From Marsupella aquatica (lineage: Eukaryota > Plantae > Marchantiophyta): a DNA stretch of 64,000 nt. Position 1 is the stretch's first letter. Each line of letters starts with the position of its first letter. Location of the stretch: NCBI GenBank assembly GCA_973895155.1, contig OZ316899.1, positions 3,679,455-3,743,454 of the forward strand, written 5' to 3'. The notes under the pieces were generated by a model, which was not told the DNA's origin, searched no databases, and worked only from the letters and a program-made list of their open reading frames with translations. Shown here piece by piece: positions 14,231-26,708 of the stretch. Both the position numbers and the translations under genes were made by a program.

Positions 14231-14408
14231 ACAGGTTATCTTGAGGTTCTTAGTTGAGTGGGGTTGAGAGAAGTATTAGAGATACTTTATGGAATATGTT
14301 TTATGCAAGAGTGGACATTGAGAAACAAATATAGTGCCGAGAAATATATAATGTCGGGAAAATAAACACAAATATGGTAGGGGGCTAGCTATAGTTGCTA
14401 CTTACTAG

Positions 14409-17400
14409 CTAAGTGGTGGAGGGGATGTCATCATCTTCCACTACAACTACGTTGGGTCTATCCTGGACTATGGATCGTGATTGAGGGATATATGGCATCA
14501 CAATAGACCAATTTGAGTCATCCGGATAAGGTAGGTAAAAACATTGCTCAAGGTGATGTGGGAATGCAAACGGATCTGAAGACCTCCAATTTGAGCTGAT
14601 AACACTTGTCTTCAACCAAGTAAATCCGCATGCATCATCTTCACATGTACGATTGTGGCCCACAAGATTCATCTTGAACCATTTGCACTTCAATGCCACT
14701 TCCTCCAAAGTAGTATGTGCATGGTACTTCACAATTAGGATCTCCTCAATCTTTCCATAATGAGCGATAGTGGACCGAATGGGATTCCTGTCCGATGTGT
14801 TGCTCTGTGAATCCTGGGTGAACCAACCCATGACCCCACAATCTTGTGTAGCTGCCCTCTTCTCATCAAGTCGTTCCACACGAAAGTGTCTTCCCTTGGA
14901 CCACATGGCAGTCCGAGTTGTGACTATAAGTAGTCTGTGGACCATGAACAAGGGTACGAAGCTTATCAGTCACCTCTGGATAATGCAATACACTCTCCCT
15001 TGTACCCACCAAGGCATCCACTTCTAACAAGTTTGACTTCATGTATGGGTGAAACTTAGGAAATATCCGTGGTCGTTGACTATTTTGCTTCTCCTCCTCA
15101 TAAAACGACGTCCACTCCCCTACAACCTCTGGTGAGTTGTACAACATAAATGTTGTGAGTTGCAAACGCTCCGCTGAGCTTAAGCTATGTTTGTACAATA
15201 AAACATACTCTCTGCTCCAAGATGACGCTCTGCAATGCTACCTTCCACCCTAGCGCGATTAGAGACATAGATTTCATCACTCCCATATAACGCTCTACCC
15301 AATACATCCATCGACAATGCACTGGGCCTGCAATTGCAACCTCACGCACTAAATGTATGAGAAAATGAACCTGACCATCAAAAAATGAGGGAGGGAGTGC
15401 CTTCTCCAACTTGCACACAACCTCTACTCCAAATGTCTCCATTGCAGCAGTTTCATCCTCCTGTACCTCCTTCTGACATACCCATCTCAAAAGCTTTCCC
15501 AATGACCAAAGGGCATCACAAAGTTCCTCACTACCCAATCCAATAATCGCAACTGGAATGACATGTTCTAGTAACCGATGATAATCATGTGTTTTCAAGT
15601 AAGATGGCCATTTTGGAGAATCATCCCCCCCAAATGCTTTTCGGAGATTTGCGCCATAACCTGTGGGAAACCTCATTGACCCAATACGTCTGCAAAACTC
15701 AGTGCGCTCTGCCCTACTCAAAACCCAAGGAGGATGGATGTTGGGGGGGTCACCAGGGGGGTCCAAAGATGGCCAAAAACCAAGAAGACCATGCATCCCC
15801 ATCTCCTCACAACTTTCTCTCCAATTGTGGTTCTTTTCCCCATATAGATGATGAATCAATGATCTGCCCACATTCCCCTCAATGTGCATCGGATCTAACA
15901 AGTGATTAATGGGCAACTCTGACCAATATGGCAATTGTGACAATGCAGACAAATGGGTCATGCCACATCGGAGAATTTGTAATGGATCATCTGGGTCTTG
16001 AACTCTTTCCCATACCTCTCTCCAATATGTTGGGACCCTTTCGCTGAGGTTGAGGACGAGTATCGGGTTGGCCGTCTTCAGTATCATACAAGAAATGATC
16101 ACTCCTCCAAGGATGGTCTTCTGGAAGATATTTGGTATGGCCAATGTAAACTATCTTACGCAAAGTACTTGACTTGCGTCTTGCCACACCCTCCAAATCT
16201 GGTCCGCACGAAGGGCAAGCTCTATAGCCTGATGTTTGCAATCCATAGATATATCCAAACCCTGCGCTTGATCAATACACAACCAGCCAATGAAATTAAG
16301 TTAAATGATACAAATTATAACCAAAAAAATTTAATTAATAAGCATGGTGTAAATAGATAGCAATGGAAATAAGGGTTTAATACCCTACCTGGCAAATCAT
16401 GCATGGTCCACATAAGAATGGCCTTCATGGTAAATGTGCGGGATAAACCTCCAGTGTTGTCACATCCGTCATAACAATCCACCCCACTCCAAAGTTTCAA
16501 AAGCTCATCAATCAAGGGTTGCAAGTAAATGTCAATCTTTTTTACTTGCTTAGGACCAGGGATGATCATTGAGAGTAGTAGATGACCTTTCTTCATGGCC
16601 ATCCATGGAGGGATATTGTAATTTGTGAGAACTACAGGCCATACTGAATATGGCTTAGCTTTACCTGCTAATGCAAAAGGACTGATACCATCTGCTGCCA
16701 AGCCAAGTCGAACATGTCGCGGGTCAGTTTTGAACTCACCCCATCTGCCCTCTACAAATCGATTGGCAGGAGAGTCTATCATCATCCGCATCGTACTAGA
16801 GTCTGTACCCATATCCAAACGATGTTGTGAGTGCCAGACCATATACTCAGCCAACTCTGCACAACGATATTGATGGCGCAATCGAGGGATGAGAGGAAAG
16901 TACCGCATAACCTTTTGAGGCACCTTCCCCGTCAACATGTCATCACGGAACCGCGGCTTCTCACACATAGGACATATAATTGCATTCTCATGCTCACCCC
17001 TGAAAAGAATGCAATCATTCACACATGCATGTATCACTTCATATTTTAGGCCAATGGACTTCAACACCTGTTTAGCCTCCTTCCAAGAGCTTGGCATGTT
17101 GTTGCCTGGTGGTAAAATATGATCATGTAGGGTACGAAAAACATCATCCAAAAGTAGGTTGCTTGCCCCATGTCTTTGTTGCACATTCAACAACAACATT
17201 ATTGCTGAGAGCCGAGATAGCCTACTCCCCTCAAATATGCGAGTACGAGCATGACGTTGAGCCTCTTCCCATTCCTTTTGCTGCCCCCTCCTAGAGACAT
17301 GCGGATGAGTGTTGTTGTCATCCTGGCTACCCATGTCCTCCATACCAATGTCCGCATCATCGTCATAGAACTGATCCATGAGCTCATCCATGGCCCTCTC

Positions 17401-17528
17401 CTCGTCAACATGATCTTCGGTTGGATTGCCCCCCTCATGCTGTACCTCAGTCTCCTCCCCACGATTGGCCACCATGGCCTCAACAAGGTGTTGCCGCATA
17501 GCTCGTGATATTACCCCAATATCAGGCA
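14409..17528 (-). pseudogene. CACTA TnpD/TNP2-type transposase (Transposase_21-, DUF4218- and DUF4216-like regions), multi-exon and frameshifted
   Basis: LKYEVIHACVNDCILFRG, RHVRLGLAADGISPF, SVWPVVLTNYNIPPW, IIPGPKQ..IDIYLQPLIDEL, WTMHDLPG (16.3-17.5 kb); HLLDPMHIEGNV and LKTHDYHRLL (15.2-16.1 kb); YGKIEEIL..KCKWF..DPFAFP (14.4-14.95 kb). Intron donor at ~16388. Confidence 0.93.
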
Positions 17529-17627
17529 CTACATATTGGTTCTATCATACAACATGCATCCATGTAATGACATCAACATCAATCTTGCCAACAATCTCAT
17601 TAATCCAACATTAGAAATGGAAAATAA

Positions 17628-17632
<5 letters not shown>

Positions 17633-17666
<34 letters not shown>
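17633..17666. repeat. (AT)n microsatellite, ~17 units
   Basis: Directly visible. Confidence 0.95.
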
Positions 17667-17669
<3 letters not shown>

Positions 17670-17680
17670 AGCCCAAGAAA

Positions 17681-18265
17681 CTAAGTTGGATGAGAACGTA
17701 GAGACAATTTTGGTGCATCCCAGTCATAATCACACAATAACTCCTCTCCCGCTCTAATGATCCTAATGGCCACTGTCATGATGTGGTCATCCATATGTTT
17801 CACAAAATATGGGTCTCTAGGTGGACCAAACATTTGGATCCACTCTACATTAGCCTCCAAATCTCTACCTCTACCTGTGGTACTATTGATGTATCCTGCT
17901 AAATTTCCATTCCTAACAGGGTCACCGTCAATCATCCGACAATGCCATGGCCTAGTGAACACCTCGTCTGGGCCTGAGTCCATCCTCAATGCATACACCC
18001 CCCAACTTGGGTGTTGACGCAACAAAATGTTCCAACTCTTTGCGTTATATACAGCCCCAATATAAGGGAAAAGGTGCTCTCCATCGTAGCCACGTCTCCA
18101 TGGCTTTGGAGGGACAACAATGTCATCCAAAGCATATAGACCATATCCTATATCAGCACCAATAGAGGACTCCTTCACTATCCAAGGACGGCCCCGTATC
18201 TCCACAGGTTCATCAATAGGAATGTAATCTGGAAATTTGAAGACACTGGGAGAAAAGTCTTTCAA
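17681..18265 (-). CDS. SET-domain (lysine methyltransferase-like) ORF carried inside the CACTA element
   Basis: IVKESSIGADIGYGLYALDDI (GxG motif), LFPYIG, IDGDPVRNGNLAGYINS..AN (variant of RFINHSCxPN) and VAIRIIRAGEELLCDY (GEELxxDY) occur in the canonical SET order. Confidence 0.8.
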   Translation of the reverse strand: MKDFSPSVFKFPDYIPIDEPVEIRGRPWIVKESSIGADIGYGLYALDDIVVPPKPWRRGYDGEHLFPYIGAVYNAKSWNILLRQHPSWGVYALRMDSGPDEVFTRPWHCRMIDGDPVRNGNLAGYINSTTGRGRDLEANVEWIQMFGPPRDPYFVKHMDDHIMTVAIRIIRAGEELLCDYDWDAPKLSLRSHPT

Positions 18266-18353
18266 AACGTCTGCAGCCCTGCCAGTGAGATAGGATACTC
18301 CAAATCGGCCCTCAACGCCATGTAATCTACATTTGTTGGAGGACGATCACTAC

Positions 18354-18944
18354 CTAACACCCCCTCCCGGATGTCTATGTGGTCCACAGGCTCGTACTGC
18401 CGTCTACGTCTATGAGACCGTGCTCGTGTACGTAGGAATCTTGAAGTCCCAACCTCTGGCTGAGATACTGGTTCTCCCTCTACATGCTCATGTATGGGGA
18501 TAGGAGCTGGGGGGCTAAGAGGAGGATGGGCAGGGGGGCTGCAAGCAAGTCTCTAGCCCTTGCTAGGAATCCTTCTAGCCACACAGCCTCATCAACCAAA
18601 GGAGGTGGGGGTCTACGGGGCACCTATTTCAGCACACAATTAATTTAGTGTTATTTAAATGCAAGCCCAATTGGAGTTTCATGAATGGAATTAAAGGGGA
18701 GACATATATATTACCTGGCTAGGCAAGTACCCTGGTGTATCACCCTCATGATGGCCATAGTTCTTAGTGTGCTCACCAGTCTCCCAGGCATGTCGGACCA
18801 CAAGTCCCTTGCATCTCACACACCAGCAAGGTATGGGCCCTAGTGGAGCACGAGGACGCTCAAGAGGAGGGGTGGAGGAACCTCCCCCTCTGACGAGCTC
18901 GTGTCTGAGTCTGAATCCGACGTGGAACTATCGGATGTAGACAT
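18354..18944 (-). pseudogene. N-terminal exons with a transposase-associated-domain-like CxCxxC..H motif
   Basis: PCWCVRCKGLVVRHAWETGEHTKNYGHH at ~18.75-18.83 kb. GT-AG intron 18714-18624. Each exon needs one frameshift correction. Confidence 0.55.
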
Positions 18945-20270
18945 CTACATATCATACACATCCAACATGTAAGGCGGATTCAACAACTTATCATGTTTAA
19001 AACCACAATTAAAGAGATATATAAACATCAATTGCCCTACCTCAATGATACCCGCGCTTTGCCGTGCCTATTGGGCTGTATTCTCTACACACAAGGTGTG
19101 GGATATCCAAAATCTCTGCAGGGTGGAGATGAGTTACACAAATGCTGCATAAATGCAAAAAAGTACTTGACTGACTTTTGGCACACGATATATCAAACTT
19201 GCCAAAGCAGACCTCAATGTTCCAATCCAAAATGGATGGATGGGCCGGGGAATTACATCATACCTCATGGATGCGCGGTCTCACACTGTGCATAGTGCAT
19301 TGTCCAAGAACAAAACCCTACCTAGCTACCCCCCTCAACCCAAAAAAAACAAACCTAGCTACCCCTCGATCAAAACCTAGGTACTGCACATAAAATCCAA
19401 TCACAACCATTAGTGTAACAAAGGCTTAACATTATCCTCAAAAAATGTCTAACAATATCCTATGTATTAAAACCCTATACCAATAAATCCCAAAACCCCT
19501 CAAAGCCCTAAAGTCCTTCAAAGAGAATTGGGATCAATTATAGTAAAAGAGTAAATCTAGGTACCACTTACTAGCCAAAACACCTTGACTTATCCTTGCA
19601 TCCATCACTCAATGTTGAGCAAGTTAAGGCCCTATAATTACAATACTATACAACTTAGCTTTATAAATTTAGTGTGCAATAAATTAAGCATGCAATCACA
19701 ACCATATTTTAGTTATCTTAGGAAATACAAAGTCATGAACTAACCCCAAAATTGTAGTTGCGAAGAAGGAACTTGCAAGAGGCCGAGTAACATATACACA
19801 ATATGCCATCCCGTTCATGGTGTTACCTAAAAAAAACCGGATATATTCAAAACGACCACAAAAAAGTGACTACAACCCTCCCTTCTATTACCCCACCCAA
19901 TTACTTAATTCCATGCTCCACATACAAACCCAAACACCCAAACTAAACCCAAAGTAAATAGATTTGACCTCCTATGGGACCAAAACATGGAATCCGTCAT
20001 AGCTGATCGAGGGGTCCGATACTAAAACAAACAAAAGCACCATCGTAAAAGCAGGAGAAAGAAAAGCAAGGAGGGGTCCGAAGCAAAACGCATCGGAAGG
20101 TCCGATTGTAGGTCCAATTCTTTCGGCTTCGGACATTGTGTTGCATAAAGTATCGGAAACAACATACCTGTTTTCAAAAAATAAGTCCCGATGCGGATGC
20201 AAAGATCCGGGCATCGGGCCAAGCTTTGCATTCCGTGTTTTGCGAGGCCGGGAGGCTCAGGTAGACGTCG

Positions 20271-22664
20271 GTGGGCAAGGAGAGAGACATGGTGGGAGGA
20301 GGATCAGGTGGTGGGGATGGGGCTGGACCCTCTCGGCCTTATGATGAGATTATGAGGGAGATTTTTATGAGTAGGGCAAGGCTAAGTGCCGAGGATGCAG
20401 AGAGAGTTGTGCCACTTCTTCAGACCTTGATTGATGGATCCAGGATTGAGGCAGAGAAAGCTGCGGCTGCAACCATTGCTGCAGAGAAAGCTGCAAAGAA
20501 GAAGCAAAAGGAGGCAAAGAGAGGCAGGGAAGATGGTGAGGAATCCCTCTCTCCCCGAAAAAGAGAGAGGAAGCTTAGCAAGGCAGCTAAGGAGGCTGAG
20601 AAGAAGAGAGTGGAGGAGTTAAAGCGAAAGGAAGCTGAGAGAGCTCTGAGGCCTGAGCTAGCCCTAAACTCAGGTGGCTCCCCAATGCCGAGAGGATACA
20701 ATCTCTTCCGCAGCCAGTTCAAGCAGGTGGTGAAGGCCAATTTGGGGCCATTAGATTACTGGGGAAGGAAGACTGAGGAGGAGAAAGGTCAAATTCAAGA
20801 GCAAGTGAAGGAGCGATTCAGGAATGGGGCCTCCCTTGATGACAGGTTCTTGAATAAGAGGATATCAGCTTCACTTTCAGACATGCGAAATCATCAGAGA
20901 GAGAAGTTCAAGAAGTACCTTGCTGATTTGCCAATTGATTCAGAGGTGGTCAGGGAGCAGGGCTGTCCAGATGTGCTCTCCCTAGATGAGTGGGCAGCTT
21001 GGCTTGAGGAGGAATTAGCAATCCGAGCCTGGCAAAAAAAGAGACAATGGGACCACAAAATCAGCTTGGCAGAGGAGAAGCGGAAGGCGGGGAGGAAATT
21101 GACATCCTCCCCCTCCAACAGAACCTACGGCAGTGGGGAGCTCAAGCAGTACGATTAAAAGAGCCACCCAAGGACATCATCAAAGCATTGGAGCGAGTCC
21201 AAGGGCGGCCCATCATCACTCACCGCATGGGGCAAGGAGGCTCCAATCGACTGAAAGCAGAGTTCGTAAGTGCCTTCTCCCTCCTCCCTAGCTCCTCCCC
21301 CCCGACCACCTGACCTTCTCTTGCGAAAAGTGACTCAATTTCTGTTGCCGAATGCCTTTATGCCGTTTCAGCCCGATGTTTTTTGCTCTCGGGACTGTTA
21401 TGTCCGATACTCATCTGAAGCTTTTAGCATCGGACCTAGTATCGGACCTGTTCTTATGCCATTTAGGGTTACCGGGATCCGATACTATTCCGTTGCTTTA
21501 AGTATCGGAAACAGCATCGGACCCCTCGTAAGAACAACAGGTTTTTTAAAATGTTGCTCTTTCACTCAATTAGGGGTATGGTTTGCATTCTTCAGTACCC
21601 TAAGAAGGCATGGGACCCCTTACAAGAATTGGGAAAAGTTGGGCCGATGCAAAGACTAGTTTTCATGCTAATGGGTTTCTCGTTTGGTATTGTGATGTGT
21701 CAGGAGCGGGACTGGGGTTGACCTATTGGGCCGTCAGAGAGGGAGTTAGCAAAGAGGGATGGACCCCGAGCTCTTAAGCTCCACCTTGAGGAGGAGCTGG
21801 GAGAGGTAATTGGTGTTGAATTGGCCCTATATAGGTTCAAATTGTTTTTGGTTGTGGTCAATATTAGAGAGCTTTCAAGGAACTATGTTTTCAAATGCAA
21901 TTTAACCCTACTTATGTATTGTGCAGGATGAGGAGACAGGGTCTGATGAGGGAGAGGAGGGTGAGGGTGAGGAGGAGGGTGATGGTGAAGAAGGAGAGGA
22001 TGGCAAGGGAGAGGAGGGAGATGATTCTGAGGCATCTGTGCCCTTAGAGGGTGTGGCAGAGCGATCCGGGAGGGTGCCCCGAGTTACCCCTACCCCTGCA
22101 GTCCCTCATGTTGCCCCCACATCAGCACAGAGGGTAGGTCATATGGTGTTCATGGTGTGGCCTCCCATCAGTCAGGAGTGTCACGGAGTGCGAGGCCCGG
22201 CCCCTCAGGGGGTAGTAGAGGTGGCACGGGACCAGACCATCGCTCTGGAGTACTATCCGGTACACCTGGCTCTTCTCAACGAGTGGGTCGTGACATGGAG
22301 GATGGTGGCTCTAGGGGGCGAGCGCCATCACGTGAGTCTGGTGGGAGTACCGCACGGCATGGGCCACAGACAGCATCTGCAGGGGATGCATCCCATCACT
22401 CTCACAGGTCCGGAGGGGGAGATGGCTCCTTCCACTCTGCCGTGTCAGGGGGTTTAGAGGCATCTGTTGCACCTCAGCATCCTAGCGGTGCATCTAGTGG
22501 GTCAGGGTCCCGGCCAGCATCAGGCCAACCCACTGGTGAGTAGGTGGTTGCCACGGTTGTGGGCAGCTAGAGAGAGGAGGGGTCTTGTGTTCCTGGACCT
22601 GTACCACCCCCTCGTTCTCGCCCGAAGAAGAAGAAGGGACGCAACACACCTTTTTAGAGCTTAG
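20271..22664 (+). pseudogene. CACTA TnpA-like / Transposase_24-like accessory gene, multi-exon, divergent from the transposase
   Basis: ORF 20271..21158 (FRSQFKQVVKANLGPLDYW..QVKERF..ISASLSDMRNHQREKF). Further GT-AG-bounded acidic and Gly/Ser/Arg-rich exons at ~21.7 and 21.9-22.66 kb. Confidence 0.55.
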
Positions 22665-22959
22665 TGGCATGAGCTAGATATGTAGTGCATGGTAGCTTTT
22701 ATACTAGCATATATATGTACCATCTAGTATAGTAAGCTACCTAGGCTACTACATATTGTACATACCAGGGGGTTTCCCTTTTTGAATATGACATTTTGAG
22801 CTTGTACATATAACATTCTTTTGCATCAATCATAATTTAACCCAATTTGGCCCATTTCACCATGAAACTAACCCTAAACCTTCAAATACCAACCCCATGA
22901 GGCCCACTCTTCTATCAAGAAAGAATCACCCTTGTCCGTTACTAGTCCAATGCAATATA

Positions 22960-23520
22960 CATCGGAAAAACACCTAATTATCCCATGCTTTCAGTATCGG
23001 GACATCCGATACTCTGCTCTTCGAAAAGTCCTATACTAAACGCATCGGACCCCTCGTCCAGCAAGCATGACAAAAATCCAATGTCCGATACCGTCCATTT
23101 CAGACCATCCAATATAAAAACAATCGGATTGTCCGATACATGCAACATTGGACCTTTCGATCTATAATCCAACGGATGTTGCGATACTAAACGCATCGGA
23201 AACTCCGATGCTATAAATTACGCACATTGCGAAGCTCTAGGTAACAGAAATTCCAATATGATATGTATCGGACGCCAAGTTTTGCGATTAAGGTCACCCA
23301 AGTGGATATCCGACTCTCTTTGCATCGGATACAAAATAGTCCAAAATGGTTTGCTTTGGAAATACCTATGTAGAGAGAAACGGAAAGTCCAAAGATTGTC
23401 CGATGGTCGATGTCCGATATGTGGAGAATGGGAACATACGAAGCGGGTTACATTGGAAGTACCAAATTTAGTGTGCAACTTTCGTGAAGGGATCCGATGG
23501 AGATGGCATCGGATAAAGGC
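22960..23520. repeat. Right subterminal array of ATCGGA/TCCGAT motifs of the CACTA element
   Basis: Same motif repeated many times in both orientations. Confidence 0.85.
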
Positions 23521-23537
23521 CCAAAAATGTACTAGTG

Positions 23538-23705
23538 ATCCACAGCTTCCTGATTTTTCTTTGCCTTCTTGGGCTTGCAAACGACAGCTTGAGAGGTGAT
23601 GACAACCTTCTTCTCAACGTTTGGGGCCTTCTTCTCCACGTCTCTGACCATGGGAGTTTTCACAACAATTTTCTGGTTAAATGGCGCATTTGTTGTTAAT
23701 TCCTA
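23538..23705 (-). pseudogene. Upstream exon of the ParB/FCP1-like gene (continues in frame across the CACTA insertion)
   Basis: Removing 13685-23537 and one ATC joins ...KPKKAKKNQEAVD to IDENLSSTKL in frame. Acceptor-like GTGTAG|GAA at ~23706. Confidence 0.75.
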
Positions 23706-23816
23706 CACCCAACAAAATGATGTGCACGGTCTCCAACCCCTTGCCTCATCTGCTTCAATTGATCGTCATCCAAACACCCACCCGCTGGACTGATCTACCA
23801 GGAATAGATGCTCGCC

Positions 23817-26201
23817 TAGGTCGTTCCAGAATTTGGAATTGAGTTGCCATGCAAGTTGCTTCGATGGAGTGGGTTTCTGTCTAGTGTTTAGTGTAGGGAA
23901 TATATCTTCGTAGAAGTGACAATCAACAAAGCGGGCTTTATAGACGTTGGCAGTTGTAGATTCCAAATAGTGTATGATGGATGTAGAGTTGAACCCAATG
24001 TAGATCCCTTTCTGTCGCTGGGGGCCCAGTTTGGTTCTCTTAGGTCCCATAATAGGCACCAAGACTTGGCATCCGAATGTCCAGAGGTGTGCCAGATTTG
24101 GTGCAGTGCCAAATGCCAAGTGGTGGGGGGAGCTTGTATTAAAGGCGGAGGGTCTGTACCGCAGTAATGCTGCGGCATGTAGGACAGCATGTCCCCAGGC
24201 CGAGGGGGGGAGCTGAGTTTGCATCAGTAGGGGTCTGGCTATGGATTGTATTCTTTTAATCAGGGATTCGGCGATCCCATTTTGAAAGTGTACATATGCG
24301 ACCGAGTATTTGATGTCTATGCCGACTGACAGGCAGAAGTCTTCAAATGTCTTGGAGGTAAACTCGCCAGCATTGTCTACTCGGAGTTTCTTAATGGAAT
24401 GGTCGGGAAATTGTGCTTTCAAGCTTAGTATATGAGCTAATAGTCTTGAGAAAACTAGGTTGCGGGTTGATAAAAGGGATACTTGTGACCATTTGGATGA
24501 CAAATTGATGGTGGCCAGAAAGAATCGGAATGGGCCATTGGGGGAGTCCACTGGGCCACAGACATCAGCATGGATTCGCTCCAGGAATCGAGGTATGTTC
24601 TTGTCTGTTTTTGATGGGGATGGTCTGATGGTTAGTTTCCCCTGTGAACAGGCCAAGCAGGGGGATTTTATGGAGGTTGGGTGCACTGAGTTTGGGATGC
24701 CCATGGTGTCTTTAATGATCTTATGGAACATCTAGGTCCCAGGGTGGCCCAAGCGGAGATGCCTTATTTCCGTGGTATTAAGTATGGGGGTTTCTGTATG
24801 GAAAGTATTGACCCTCATAGCATAGAAACCCATTGGGAATGCTGAGAAGGTCTCCTTAATTTATGTGCCAGTTGGGTTAGTGGCGATGATGTGTAGTACT
24901 TCTTGGGAGTTCTGTTGGCTTGTGTGGATGTGTAGGCCATTCTCACGAATATCCTTGAAACTTAGGAGGTTTCGTGTGGCCTTAGGTGCATAGATTGCAG
25001 ACTTTATGTGGATTGGGGTGCCCCGGGGAAGTAGTAATTGGGCCGGGCCATGGCCCTCCTCCAATTGATGGTGGCCCATAATAGTAGTAACCCTTCTTTG
25101 TGAGGGAGTAATGTAGGTAAAGTAATTTTTGGTCCGGAGTATCGAATGGGAGGTACCGCTGTCCAGGATACAAAAGGTAGGGTCATCAGGCGTCATTTGC
25201 ATCTCGGACGGGGTGACGAGGTGGATTTCAGGTAATATATTAGGCGTTTCCAGGAATGCGCCGTGTGTTTCATATGCATCTTGTTGCTTGGACTGTTGAT
25301 ATGAAGCAACTAAGTGTGATGGTGCCCGACATGTGGCCTTTACATGGCCTTTGGTCCCGCATTGATTACAAATGGGAGGGTTATCAGACTTATCTGAATT
25401 TGTATTGTTTCTCGTCCAGGTGTGTTGATTGCGTCCTGATTGTGATCTGCCTCAACCCCTGCCTCCTCTGAATGAAGTTCTTTCGCCACGTCCTTGGAAG
25501 TTGCCACGGCCTCGGAGAGTGGATCGTCCTCTATTTCCCCCTCGGCCCCTATATGTCATATTGGACCCGCGTCTCCATGTGTTGAAGTGTGTTTCGGGGT
25601 TGGGTTGTGGAGGTAGGGTGCCGGGGGGTCGTTGCTTAGTGTTGTTCAGTAGGAAGATCTGATATTTCTCTGCTAATAGCATGTGGGAGATTAATTCCGA
25701 ATAAGTAGTGAATCGCATGTTACGGTATTGTGTAGATAATACCAGATTTGTGGAATGGAATGTTGATAAAGTTTTTTTGATTTGTTCTTCTTTCCCAACC
25801 GGGTGGCCACAAATCGCGAGTTGAGAAGTGATGCGGAACAATTCGCTGTTGTATTCCGCAATTGTCTTGTGATCCTGCACGCGGAGATTAATCCAGACGT
25901 GCCGTGCCGCAGGTAAGAATATTGTGCGCGTGTGGTCGAATCTGGAATGGAGCTCGTCCCAGAGTATTCAAGGGTTGTAGGCGTTCATGTATTGGCGCTT
26001 CAGGGAATCGGCTAAGTGATGCCGAATCAATATCAATGCTTTTGCCTTCTCTTGGAGGGTGGGGCCATTGTCTGTAATAACTGTGTCCTCAAGGTTTTTA
26101 GATGCCAGATGGGCCTCGACATCCAAGTTCCATGATAGGAAATTGGATCCGTCTATGCACAATGCTTGAAAATATAACTTCTCAATGGTATTTGCAGCCA
26201 T
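23817..26201 (-). pseudogene. gag-pol: copia gag-protease-integrase polyprotein, fragmented
   Basis: ORFs 25968..26201, 25452..25880, 24861..25202 and 23766..24731 carry the motifs above. Confidence 0.88.
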
Positions 26202-26698
26202 AATTGCTGATGGGGGGGGATTTTTGCTATGAAGTAGGTTCAGTTCTTGCTAAGCCGTCTATGGTGATGTTTAACGTTTAGTGGCCTATGCACTCTCGCC
26301 TTCACCTAGGTTGTGGTAATGGCATTCGTGTACTGTGATTGAGTGAAATTGGTGATGAATTGTTGTCTGTTTGAAATTCGAAATTGGTGAAAATCTGTAA
26401 GGGATTGATTGTGTAATTCTGGTGCTAAGCAATTGGACAGTAAAACTGATTTGTGAATCTCTATGTCCTAAATTCTGGATTGGTTCTCCCGAGTAATCAA
26501 GCCATTCAATGCCATAGCCAGAACTGAATCTCCAAAAAAATAATTGATGAGCGCCCTCGTGCTGATAACGTGTTAACATCACAATAGTAATACACCTTTA
26601 TTCATATCTCTTCATATACATAGGAGGTTGCCAAGGTGGTTGGTGGTGTAACCGCCTTGGTCCTAACTTGGGTAGACCTAACCTAAGGGGTTATAACA
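23817..26698 (-). mobile_element. 3'-truncated Ty1/copia retrotransposon, Bianca-like
   Basis: Short 5' LTR (~26571-26698) followed by the PBS-like CGTTATCAGCACG. Gag (EYNSELFRITSQLAICG), Zn knuckle CNQCGTKGHVKATC, protease ILDSGTSH and integrase IHADVCGP..VDNAGEF..QNGIAE. No RT, RNase H or 3' LTR. Confidence 0.9.
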
Positions 26699-26708
26699 CA
26701 TCTCTCTA

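Larger units (their letters stand above)
13685..23537. mobile_element. CACTA (En/Spm) DNA transposon, 9853 bp
   Basis: Perfect TIR CACTAGTACATTTTTG at 13685 and its reverse complement ending at 23537. 3-bp TSD ATC (13682-13684 and 23538-23540). Subterminal ATCGGA/TCCGAT arrays and TnpD-like domains inside. Confidence 0.97.
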
